DNA from: Nitratidesulfovibrio vulgaris str. Hildenborough | Lineage (GTDB): Bacteria; Desulfobacterota; Desulfovibrionia; Desulfovibrionales; Desulfovibrionaceae | Assembly (NCBI RefSeq): GCF_000195755.1 | Contig: NC_002937.3 | Location: forward strand, 2,010,001-2,042,000 | Length of the DNA: 32,000 nucleotides | Direction: 5' to 3' | In this document: in pieces, positions 7,599-15,170 of the stretch | Numbering within the stretch: the stretch's first letter is position 1 | How the letters are laid out: every line of letters starts with the position of its first letter | Notes under the pieces: model-generated | Told to the model about the DNA's origin: nothing | The model's database searches: none | The model's input: only the letters and a program-made list of their open reading frames with translations | Translations under genes and position numbers: made by a program

Positions 7599-7636
7599 GC
7601 AAGGCCGCACAATCTTCAGCGATGCCGGAAACACAC

Positions 7637-7909
7637 ATGGCCAAAATCAGCAAAGGGCAGACCCTCGTCTGCGTGTACCCGGACTGGTGCAAGGGCTGCG
7701 GTCTCTGCGTGGCCTTCTGCCCGGGCAAGGTTCTCGAACTCAACCCCCTTGGCAAGGCGGAGGTGGCGCACCCCGAAGAATGCATCAACTGCGGCTTCTG
7801 CGAATTGCACTGTCCCGATTTCGCCATAGCCATCAAGCCCAAGGCCAGCGGACAGTCCTGCCCTTCACATGGCAAGGCCGAACCCAACCCCAACTCCGAC
7901 GAGTACTGA
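7637..7909 (+). CDS. oorD: 2-oxoacid:ferredoxin oxidoreductase delta subunit, 2x[4Fe-4S] ferredoxin-like (90 aa)
   Basis: CKGCGLCVAFCP and CINCGFCELHCP motifs. It is the first gene of a D-A-B-C cluster. The ATG at 7637 is preferred over the ATG at 7622 (weak GGAAA SD); the start is uncertain by 5 codons. Confidence 0.8.
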   Translation: MAKISKGQTLVCVYPDWCKGCGLCVAFCPGKVLELNPLGKAEVAHPEECINCGFCELHCPDFAIAIKPKASGQSCPSHGKAEPNPNSDEY

Positions 7910-7910
7910 T

Positions 7911-9059
7911 ATGGCCCTGCAACTGAAACGACGCAAAAGACGCGAGTTGTTCGCCCTCGGAAACGAGGCTGTGGCCGAAGGCGCCCTGCTGGCCGGGTGT
8001 ACGTTCTATGCCGGGTATCCCATCACCCCCTCCACTGAAATCATGGAAGTGATGGCCGCCCGCCTGCCCCGCATGGAAGATGGCGTGTTCATCCAGATGG
8101 AGGACGAAATCGCCAGTATGGGTGCCGCCATCGGAGCCTCTCTTGCTGGCCGCAAGGCCATGACGGCCACATCCGGGCCGGGCTTCTCGCTCATGCAGGA
8201 GCACATCGGCTATGCGTGCATGGTCGAGGCACCGCTGGTCATCGTCAACGTCATGCGCGGCGGCCCCAGCACGGGCCTGCCCACCTGCCCTGCACAGGGC
8301 GACGTGCAGATGGCACGGTGGGGTACGCACGGCGACCACCCCATCATCGTCCTTTCGGCATCCAACGTGCAGGAATGCCTTGAGATGACGGTGACGGCCT
8401 TCAACTACGCAGAGAAGTACCGCACCCCTGTCATCCTGCTCATCGACGAGGTCACGGCGCACACCCGCGAGAAGATCATCGTCCCCCATGCCGAAGAACT
8501 CGAGATCATTTCCCGGGTCGAGCCTACAGTGCCCCCGGAGTGGTTCAAGCCCTACGCCGATACGGTGCGTGGCGTGCCCGCCATGCCCGCCATCGGTTCC
8601 GGCTACAGGATGCATGTCACCGGACTGACCCACGACGTGATGGGCTATCCCACGCAGCGCCCCGATGAAGTGAAGGACATGATGCTGCGCCTCTTCCGCA
8701 AGATCGACCAGTTCTACGGCGACATACAGCTCACCGACAGCTTTGCCCTCGAAGATGCCGAAGTGGCCGTCATCGCCTACGGCAGCGTGGCCCGTTCTGC
8801 CCATCTCGCCGTCGAACAGGCGCGGGAACGCGGCGCGAAAGCCGGTCTCCTCACACTGAAGACGCTCTTCCCCTTCCCGCGCCCCGCCGTCGAGACGCTG
8901 GCCCGCCGGTGCTCCATCCTCGTCGTGCCGGAGATGAACATGGGGCAGATGTCGCGTGAAGTGAAACGCGTCAACAACGGTCATGCGCGCGTCCGCACCA
9001 TCAACAGGGTCGACGGACAGATCATCACGCCTTCCGAAATCCTCAAAATGCTCCTGTAG
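7911..9059 (+). CDS. oorA: 2-oxoacid:ferredoxin oxidoreductase alpha subunit (382 aa)
   Basis: Track ORF 7869..9059, trimmed to the ATG at 7911, 1 nt after the oorD stop. LFALGNEAVAEGALLAGCTFYAGYPITPSTEIME is a typical KorA/OorA N-terminus. Confidence 0.88.
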   Translation: MALQLKRRKRRELFALGNEAVAEGALLAGCTFYAGYPITPSTEIMEVMAARLPRMEDGVFIQMEDEIASMGAAIGASLAGRKAMTATSGPGFSLMQEHIGYACMVEAPLVIVNVMRGGPSTGLPTCPAQGDVQMARWGTHGDHPIIVLSASNVQECLEMTVTAFNYAEKYRTPVILLIDEVTAHTREKIIVPHAEELEIISRVEPTVPPEWFKPYADTVRGVPAMPAIGSGYRMHVTGLTHDVMGYPTQRPDEVKDMMLRLFRKIDQFYGDIQLTDSFALEDAEVAVIAYGSVARSAHLAVEQARERGAKAGLLTLKTLFPFPRPAVETLARRCSILVVPEMNMGQMSREVKRVNNGHARVRTINRVDGQIITPSEILKMLL

Positions 9060-9066
9060 GTGCGGC

Positions 9067-9897
9067 ATGTCGGACGTAACACAACTCATCCACGAGTATC
9101 TGCGCCACAACAAGAAGTTCCCCCATGTCTTCTGCGCCGGGTGCGGGCATGGCATCGTTCTCGGTTCACTCATCCGTAGCGTGCATGCCCTCGGCCTGCC
9201 CAAGGACGACGTGGTCGTCGTGGCGGGCATCGGCTGTTCCGGCAGACTTGCCGTCTACGTCGACTTCAACACCGTGCACACCACGCACGGCAGGGCACTG
9301 ACCTTCGCCACCGGCATCAAGATGGCCAATCCGCGCCTCAAGGTCATCTGCGTCATGGGCGACGGCGATGCGATGTCCATCGGCGGCAACCATCTCATCC
9401 ATGCCGCACGGCGTAACATCGGCGTGACGGCACTGGTGCTGAACAACCACATCTACGGCATGACGGGCGGACAGTGTTCTTCCGCCACCCCGCAAGGCGA
9501 CATCTCCATGACCACCCCTTACGGTGCACTCGAAGACTCCTTCGACTTCGTGGAGATGGCGAAGGCCGCAGGTGCCAACTATGTTGCCCGTGGCACGTCG
9601 TTCCATGCGCTCATGCTGGACAAGCTCATCACCTCCGCCATCATGCATCCCGGCTTCTCCATGGTCGAAGTGTTCAGCCCCTGCCCCACGCAGTACGGTC
9701 GCAAGAACAAGTTCCGCTCCGCCGTGGACATGTACAAATGGCTCAAGAAGAACACGGTGAAGATCGAGACGCTCAAAGAGGGCGAGAAGCCCGAAGACGG
9801 TCGCATCCCCATCGGCGTCTTCCGCGACAGGCAAACGCCCGGACTCGAAGAACGCTACGCCGACATGCAACGCAAACTCATGGGGACAGGGCGATGA
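9067..9897 (+). CDS. oorB: 2-oxoacid:ferredoxin oxidoreductase beta subunit, TPP-binding (276 aa)
   Basis: ATG at 9067. FCAGCGHGIV (Cys motif), VVVAGIGCSGR, and the TPP motif MGDGDAMSIGGNHLIHAARRN. Confidence 0.88.
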   Translation: MSDVTQLIHEYLRHNKKFPHVFCAGCGHGIVLGSLIRSVHALGLPKDDVVVVAGIGCSGRLAVYVDFNTVHTTHGRALTFATGIKMANPRLKVICVMGDGDAMSIGGNHLIHAARRNIGVTALVLNNHIYGMTGGQCSSATPQGDISMTTPYGALEDSFDFVEMAKAAGANYVARGTSFHALMLDKLITSAIMHPGFSMVEVFSPCPTQYGRKNKFRSAVDMYKWLKKNTVKIETLKEGEKPEDGRIPIGVFRDRQTPGLEERYADMQRKLMGTGR

Positions 9898-10517
9898 AGA
9901 AGCCGCAAGAGATCAAACGCTTCGAGATAAGGCTTTCCGGTTTCGGCGGGCAGGGGCTCATCACGCTGGGGCGCCTTCTCGGCAGCGCGCTCGCACTTGG
10001 GCACGGCTACTATGTGACGCAGACCCAGAGCTACGGACCCGAAGCGCGCGGCGGCTCGAGCCGTGCCGACCTCGTTGTCAGTTCACAGCCCATAAGCTAC
10101 CCCAAGACGGAACAGCTTGACCTTCTCGTCGCACTCAGTCAGGAAGCCTGCAACGGCTACTACCCCTATCTCAAGCGCACAGGTCTGCTGGTTGTCGACA
10201 CGACGCTGGTGAAGCATACCCCCACCAACGTCTTTCTCGGCCTTCCCTTCACGCAGATGGCACGCGACCAGATAGGCAACCCGCTCACCATCAACACGCT
10301 GGTGATGGGCGCGGTGAGCCATCTTCTGGATTTCGCCGACGTGAAGCTCATGCGCAAGGGGCTTGAGGCGAACATGCCTGCGAAGATCGTCGACGTGAAC
10401 GTCAAGGCGTTCACGCTGGGACTCAAGCAGGCGAAGAAACACTTCGGCGATGCGCACGGTCTGTGGGCCGCCGCAGAGGTCAACGGCTCTGCCGAAGTGG
10501 AAACCGACCACGAATAG
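9894..10517 (+). CDS. oorC: 2-oxoacid:ferredoxin oxidoreductase gamma subunit (207 aa)
   Basis: The ATG at 9894 overlaps the oorB stop (ATGA coupling). IRLSGFGGQGLITLGRLLG...TQSYGPEARGG is the gamma-subunit signature. Confidence 0.88.
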   Translation: MKKPQEIKRFEIRLSGFGGQGLITLGRLLGSALALGHGYYVTQTQSYGPEARGGSSRADLVVSSQPISYPKTEQLDLLVALSQEACNGYYPYLKRTGLLVVDTTLVKHTPTNVFLGLPFTQMARDQIGNPLTINTLVMGAVSHLLDFADVKLMRKGLEANMPAKIVDVNVKAFTLGLKQAKKHFGDAHGLWAAAEVNGSAEVETDHE

Positions 10518-10527
10518 CGGAGAGACA

Positions 10528-10818
10528 ATGAGCACGACCATCGACGAACTCACCGTCGACTACGAAGAGGACGGCAAACTCGTCGTCAAACAGCTGGACA
10601 AGGCCGTCCTTTCCAAAGGCGCATGGACGACCATCCTCTTCCGCTACAAGCAGTGGGAAGAGAAGCTTGCCGATTACGGCCCGGACAAATACGTCGTCAA
10701 GCGCTACAAGAAGATGAACGGCGAGTACCGGGCGCAATCCAAGTTCAACATCTCCAGTGCCGACCAGGCACAGAAGATCGTAGACACCCTCCAAGGGTGG
10801 TTGCAGGAACAGGCGTAA
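10528..10818 (+). CDS. Small conserved-looking protein encoded as the fifth gene of the oor operon (96 aa); function unknown
   Basis: ATG at 10528, 5 nt after GGAG and 10 nt after the oorC stop. Strongly GC3-biased codons. A terminator hairpin lies 19 nt after the stop. MSTTIDELTVDYEEDGKLVVKQLDKAVLSKGAWTTILFRYKQWEEKLADYGPDKYVVKRYKKMNGEYRAQSKFNISSADQAQKIVDTLQGWLQEQA. Confidence 0.8.
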   Translation: MSTTIDELTVDYEEDGKLVVKQLDKAVLSKGAWTTILFRYKQWEEKLADYGPDKYVVKRYKKMNGEYRAQSKFNISSADQAQKIVDTLQGWLQEQA

Positions 10819-10836
10819 TCGCCACCCGGCACGCAG

Positions 10837-10866
10837 AACGGCCCGTCGCACAAGCGACGGGCCGTT
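10837..10866 (+). terminator. Terminator hairpin of the oor operon (13-bp perfect stem)
   Basis: AACGGCCCGTCGC-ACAA-GCGACGGGCCGTT followed by TC. The U-tail is short. Confidence 0.65.
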
Positions 10867-11002
10867 TCAGCGTACACCGGAGTGCTCTCGGCGTCTGCAG
10901 GTGGCAGGAGCCCCCAAAGTCCTTCGACCAAGGCGAGAGAACACCGCCTGTTCATCTATCAGGCCCTCCAGACGGGGCAGACGGCTGCCGACACCATATG
11001 GA

Positions 11003-11032
11003 AACGGCCCGCCGCATGAGCGACGGGCCGTT
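11003..11032 (-). terminator. Terminator hairpin downstream of the sigma-54 activator gene; a near-copy of the hairpin at 10837-10866
   Basis: The minus strand reads AACGGCCCGTCGC-TCAT-GCGGCGGGCCGTT-TCC (one mismatch in the stem). It lies 50 nt after the stop at 11083. Confidence 0.6.
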
Positions 11033-11082
11033 GCATTTTCACAAGGGCAGACAGACGAAGCAGCTAGCACCTTCATGCAGTG

Positions 11083-12672
11083 CTATTTCATGCCGCGCGC
11101 CTTCGCCACGGCGAACTTCTTGGCATCGAGACCGTACTTCTTCACCTTGTAGTTCACGATACGGTAGCTGACGCGCAAGTCGCGTGCCGCCTGCAACATG
11201 TTGCCGCGGGCCTTCTTGAGCGCATCCACCAGAAGCTCTTGCTCGAACTTGGCCACAGCCTCGCAGAATGAGAGATTGGTGTCTGTGGCCGTGCTTTCGG
11301 CTGTCTGCAACGAAGGTGGCATATGATAGGTGCGGATGACCTGTTCGTCGCACACCAGCACCGCCCGTTCGATGCAGTTCTTGAGTTCCCGGATGTTGCC
11401 GGGCCAGTGGTACTGCGTCAGCAGGTCGATGGCAGGCGTCGAGATGCGCTTGATGCTCTTCGAGTACTCTTCCGCGTACATGCGCAAGAAGTGCTCGGCG
11501 ATGGGCAGGATGTCTTCACGCCGCTCACGCAGGGGCGGTATGAAGATGGGGAAGACGTTGATGCGATAGTAGAGGTCTTCGCGGAACAGCCCCTTCTCCA
11601 CCAGTTCTTCCAGAGGCTGGTGCGTGGCGCAGATGAGGCGCACGTCGACAAGGATGGTCTGCTCGCTGCCGAGACGCTGAATCTCCTGCTCCTGAATGGC
11701 ACGCAACACCTTCGCCTGCGCCGAGGGACTGAGTTCGCCAACCTCATCAAGGAAGAGCGTACCCTTGTGCGCCAGTTCGAACAGGCCCTTCTTGGTCTGT
11801 ATCGCCCCGGTGAACGCCCCCTTCTGGTAGCCGAAGAGCTCACTCTCGACCAGTTCCGAAGGAAGGGCCGCGCAATTGAGCTTGATGAGCGGCATATCAC
11901 GACGGGGGCTGGCCTGATGAATGGCCTCGGCCAGAAGCTCCTTGCCTGTGCCCGACTCACCGCGCAGAAGCGCGGTGGCCCTGCTGGGCCCGACCTGCGC
12001 AGCCTGATTGAGCACCAGCCGCATGGTCTTGGACGCCACGACGATATTGGCGGGGTTGAACGTACCCTCGCCCGTATCCCCGACGATGAGCCCCTGCGTC
12101 ATGAGGTGCTTCTGGCGCGCCATTTCCTCTTGCATGTAGGCGGCATGGTTGGCGATCATACCCGCCACCACTTCAAGGAAACGGCAATGCGCCTCAAGCT
12201 GCGCGTGCGACGTGTTGGGCGTATCCACACTCAGTGTGCCGATGACTTCGCGCCCTTCGCGAGGTTCGTCGCTGGGGCCGAGCACGGGAACGCAGATGAA
12301 CGCCAACGTCGCCAGCTCCTCTTCGGAACGGCCGAACATCTTGTTCAGGAACGCCGGATGCTCCTTCATGCAGGGCACGACGACAGGCTGGCCCGAGGCG
12401 AACACCTGCCCCGTGACACCGACACCGGGCTCATACTCGGCATTCTGTGCCTTGGCAGGGGTATCGGTGAGGCTCAACTTCAGCGTCCGCGTCTCAGGGT
12501 CGAAGATGACGATGTGCGGACGCTTGAAATCGTGGTTCTCGGCAAGGGTGTGCAGCAACGACTTCAGGGTCGACTGGAAGGGCCGTTGCGGGCCCATCTC
12601 CGATACGATCTTCTGAAGCGTTCCCAGATAGGGTTGCAGACGCCTGTCGTCGGTCTGAATCGATTGGGTCAT
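11083..12672 (-). CDS. Sigma-54-dependent transcriptional activator (bacterial enhancer-binding protein, EBP): N-terminal GAF-like sensor, AAA+ core, C-terminal Fis-type HTH (529 aa)
   Basis: Walker A GESGTGKELLA, the sigma-54 contact loop ELFGYQKGAFTGA, and the C-terminal HTH GNMLQAARDLRVSYRIVNYKVKKYGL. There is no receiver domain. The start ATG is 3 nt after the iorB stop. Confidence 0.9.
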   Translation of the reverse strand: MTQSIQTDDRRLQPYLGTLQKIVSEMGPQRPFQSTLKSLLHTLAENHDFKRPHIVIFDPETRTLKLSLTDTPAKAQNAEYEPGVGVTGQVFASGQPVVVPCMKEHPAFLNKMFGRSEEELATLAFICVPVLGPSDEPREGREVIGTLSVDTPNTSHAQLEAHCRFLEVVAGMIANHAAYMQEEMARQKHLMTQGLIVGDTGEGTFNPANIVVASKTMRLVLNQAAQVGPSRATALLRGESGTGKELLAEAIHQASPRRDMPLIKLNCAALPSELVESELFGYQKGAFTGAIQTKKGLFELAHKGTLFLDEVGELSPSAQAKVLRAIQEQEIQRLGSEQTILVDVRLICATHQPLEELVEKGLFREDLYYRINVFPIFIPPLRERREDILPIAEHFLRMYAEEYSKSIKRISTPAIDLLTQYHWPGNIRELKNCIERAVLVCDEQVIRTYHMPPSLQTAESTATDTNLSFCEAVAKFEQELLVDALKKARGNMLQAARDLRVSYRIVNYKVKKYGLDAKKFAVAKARGMK

Positions 12673-12675
12673 GTA

Positions 12676-13272
12676 TCAGCTCGCGTCAGCTACGGCCTGA
12701 ACGCCGAGTTCAACGGCCCTCAGGTTCATGTCCACAAGTTTCGGGGCAAGATGACGCCGAATGGCGGCTTCAAGGGCGTCTACGCCGAAGGGCAAGAGCC
12801 CCGTGGCACATAGCGCGCCAAGCAACACGCTGTTTCCGCTCTGCACCGAACCGGCCTTGAGGCCAAGAGTGCGGCACGGCAGGAACCATGCCCTGCCCGA
12901 GCAGCCCGTCACCTTCTCGCGAATGCCGTCGAGGCACGGGTAGCTTTCACGCCCCATGGAAACGCCCACGGGAGGCAGGGTCTCGGCGTTGCTGAGCACC
13001 GCCCCTCCTGCGGTCAGGTACGGCAAGCCTCGCAAGGTCTCAAGGGGCTCGAAGCCGAGCACGATGTCAGCTTCGCCATGGCTGAGCTTGGGGCTTTGCC
13101 AGCCCCCCAGCAGCACGGTGGATTCGACCACACCGCCACGCTGGGCCATGCCGTGAATCTCGCCTGCCACGACCTCGCAACCGGCATCGAGCGCGGTACG
13201 GGCCAGAAGCGTCGTCGCGGTGAGCGTGCCCTGCCCGCCCACACCTGTCATGTAGATACGGATACGGCTCAT
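12676..13272 (-). CDS. iorB: Indolepyruvate:ferredoxin oxidoreductase beta subunit (198 aa)
   Basis: Track ORF 12676..13338, trimmed to the ATG at 13272, which overlaps the iorA stop (ATGA). MSRIRIYMTGVGGQGTLTATTLLA...GEIHGMAQRGG is the gamma-like catalytic domain. Confidence 0.85.
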   Translation of the reverse strand: MSRIRIYMTGVGGQGTLTATTLLARTALDAGCEVVAGEIHGMAQRGGVVESTVLLGGWQSPKLSHGEADIVLGFEPLETLRGLPYLTAGGAVLSNAETLPPVGVSMGRESYPCLDGIREKVTGCSGRAWFLPCRTLGLKAGSVQSGNSVLLGALCATGLLPFGVDALEAAIRRHLAPKLVDMNLRAVELGVQAVADAS

Positions 13273-15122
13273 CACGCGCTCCTCTTTCGGGCCTTGATCT
13301 TGCTGGACACTTGCAGGCACACCATGCAACCGCTGCACTGCTCGCTGTCGATGGCGATGTCCTGCCCGTCACGCCTGAATGCGGGGCACGCCAGTTCGGC
13401 AAGGCACGCTTCGACTTCCGGCCCCTGTTCGGCGACATAGGCGGTCTGGCGCGCAGCCTTCTTGAGGGTGCGACGGGCGTAGAGCACGCAAGGCTCCTGT
13501 GCGATGATGACACGCACACCCGTGCGCTGCTTCATGTCCTCAAGGGCGGCCATGGTCGCCTTGAGGTTGTAGGGGTGCACCGTGGCAACCTGTTCGACCC
13601 CGCAACCACGCACGATGGCCTCGATGTCGAGATGCAGACAGGCGTCGCCGAGCACAGCGGCATCCACACCGGGGTTGGGCTGATGCCCCGTCATGGCGGT
13701 CGTACCGTTGTCGAGGATGACCACGAGCACGTCGTGCTTGTTGAACAGCGCGTTGGCCAGTCCGGTGATGCCGGAATGGAAGAACGTGGAGTCGCCGATG
13801 TACGCCACCACAGGCCGTCCCGAGGCCGCGGCGAAACCGGACCCCGACGAGATGGAAGACCCCATGCAGAACAGGAAGTCGGCCATGCTCAAGGGAGGCA
13901 GCAGCCCGAGGGTGTAGCAACCGATGTCACTGGAATAGTAGGCATCATCGCCGAACACCTTACGTACCGCATAGTAGACGGCACGGTGCGAACAACCGGC
14001 GCAGAGGTTCGGCGGACGCATGGGGAGTTCCATCGACGCCGCATCGGGAGAACACTGCACCGGGGCGGCAGGTGTCTCTCCGAGGAAGGCGGAGAGAGCA
14101 TCGCCCACGATGGTGGTGGAATACTCGCCGAAGACCGTCAGCACGCCACCCTTGCCCGTCACATCGACGCCAAGGCCAAGACGCTGCACCAGGGCCCGCA
14201 CATCGCGTTCCAGCAACGGTTCGAGCTCTTCAAGCACGAGAACCTTGTCGCAGCCGGAGAGGAAGTCGACGAGCAGGCGTTCGGGCAGGGGCCATGTGAA
14301 GCCAAGTTCGAGAACCTTGACCCGGCCTTCAAGGCCGCGTTCATGCAAGGCGTCGGCAAGGTAGGCGCGGGAGATGCCGGAGGCGATGACGCCGATGCGC
14401 CCCTCACCGTGCACCGTGTTCCACGGCGATGCGGAGGCGAGTTCGGCCACGCGACCGAGCACGTCGGCCTGTGCGAAATGCCGCGCCCGCGCCACGGCGG
14501 GAACGGGGACGAAACGCCGGGGGTTGCGCTCGAAGGGCACTACCGCCGCAGGTTCGGGCAGTGCGCCGTAGGTCACGCCACCCCGCAGGTGGTTGACGCG
14601 GGTGGTGGTGCGCAGCAGCACAGGCTGCTGCGTCTCACGCGAAAGCAGCAGGGCCTCGCGGGCCATGTCCTTCGCTTCTTGCGCGGTGGCAGGCTCGAAG
14701 CACGGCATTCCGGCGAAGCGGGCGTAGGTCCTGTTGTCCTGCTCGTTCTGGCTGGAATGGCAGCCCGGGTCGTCGGCCGAAAGCAGGACAAGCCCGCCGG
14801 GCAGCCCGGTGTAGGTCATGGTCAGCAGCGGGTCGGCAGCCACATTGACGCCCACATGCTTCATGGTGACCAGCGTGAGGGCACCGGCCAATGCCGCGCC
14901 CGCACCCACTTCAAGGGCGACTTTCTCGTTGACGGAATACTCGAGTCGGTAGCGACCGTCGCCGCCGATACGTCTGAACGTATCCGGCACTTCGGAGGAA
15001 GGCGTGCCCGGATAGCAGGTCACAACATTGATGCCTGCTTCGAGCGCGCCGCGGACGATGGCCTCGTTCCCGAGAAGCAGGTGGCGTTCTCCGGGGGTGT
15101 CGGCCAGCAGCGGATGCGACAT
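13272..15122 (-). CDS. iorA: Indolepyruvate:ferredoxin oxidoreductase alpha subunit, TPP-binding, with a reduced C-terminal Fe-S domain (616 aa)
   Basis: LLLGNEAIVRGALEAGINVVTCYPGTPSSEV, the TPP motif IGDSTFFHSGITGL, and a C-terminal CPAF...CSGCMVC. AAGGAG SD upstream. Confidence 0.88.
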   Translation of the reverse strand: MSHPLLADTPGERHLLLGNEAIVRGALEAGINVVTCYPGTPSSEVPDTFRRIGGDGRYRLEYSVNEKVALEVGAGAALAGALTLVTMKHVGVNVAADPLLTMTYTGLPGGLVLLSADDPGCHSSQNEQDNRTYARFAGMPCFEPATAQEAKDMAREALLLSRETQQPVLLRTTTRVNHLRGGVTYGALPEPAAVVPFERNPRRFVPVPAVARARHFAQADVLGRVAELASASPWNTVHGEGRIGVIASGISRAYLADALHERGLEGRVKVLELGFTWPLPERLLVDFLSGCDKVLVLEELEPLLERDVRALVQRLGLGVDVTGKGGVLTVFGEYSTTIVGDALSAFLGETPAAPVQCSPDAASMELPMRPPNLCAGCSHRAVYYAVRKVFGDDAYYSSDIGCYTLGLLPPLSMADFLFCMGSSISSGSGFAAASGRPVVAYIGDSTFFHSGITGLANALFNKHDVLVVILDNGTTAMTGHQPNPGVDAAVLGDACLHLDIEAIVRGCGVEQVATVHPYNLKATMAALEDMKQRTGVRVIIAQEPCVLYARRTLKKAARQTAYVAEQGPEVEACLAELACPAFRRDGQDIAIDSEQCSGCMVCLQVSSKIKARKRSA

Positions 15123-15170
15123 GATTCACTACTCCTTACGGCGTTGAGGTACGTTCGTCCCTGATGATGA

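Noticed and set aside
13296-13343. Possible +1 frameshift at the iorA 3' end that would restore a Cys-Pro (..CLQ/CPARS..)
   Set aside because: In frame, Ser-Ser falls exactly where Cys-Pro is expected, and Cys to Ser is a single-base change (tgc to tcc). The current frame ends in an ATGA overlap with the iorB start. The shifted frame runs on as a 60+ aa Arg-rich shadow through iorB. I kept it as a caveat under the IorA finding.
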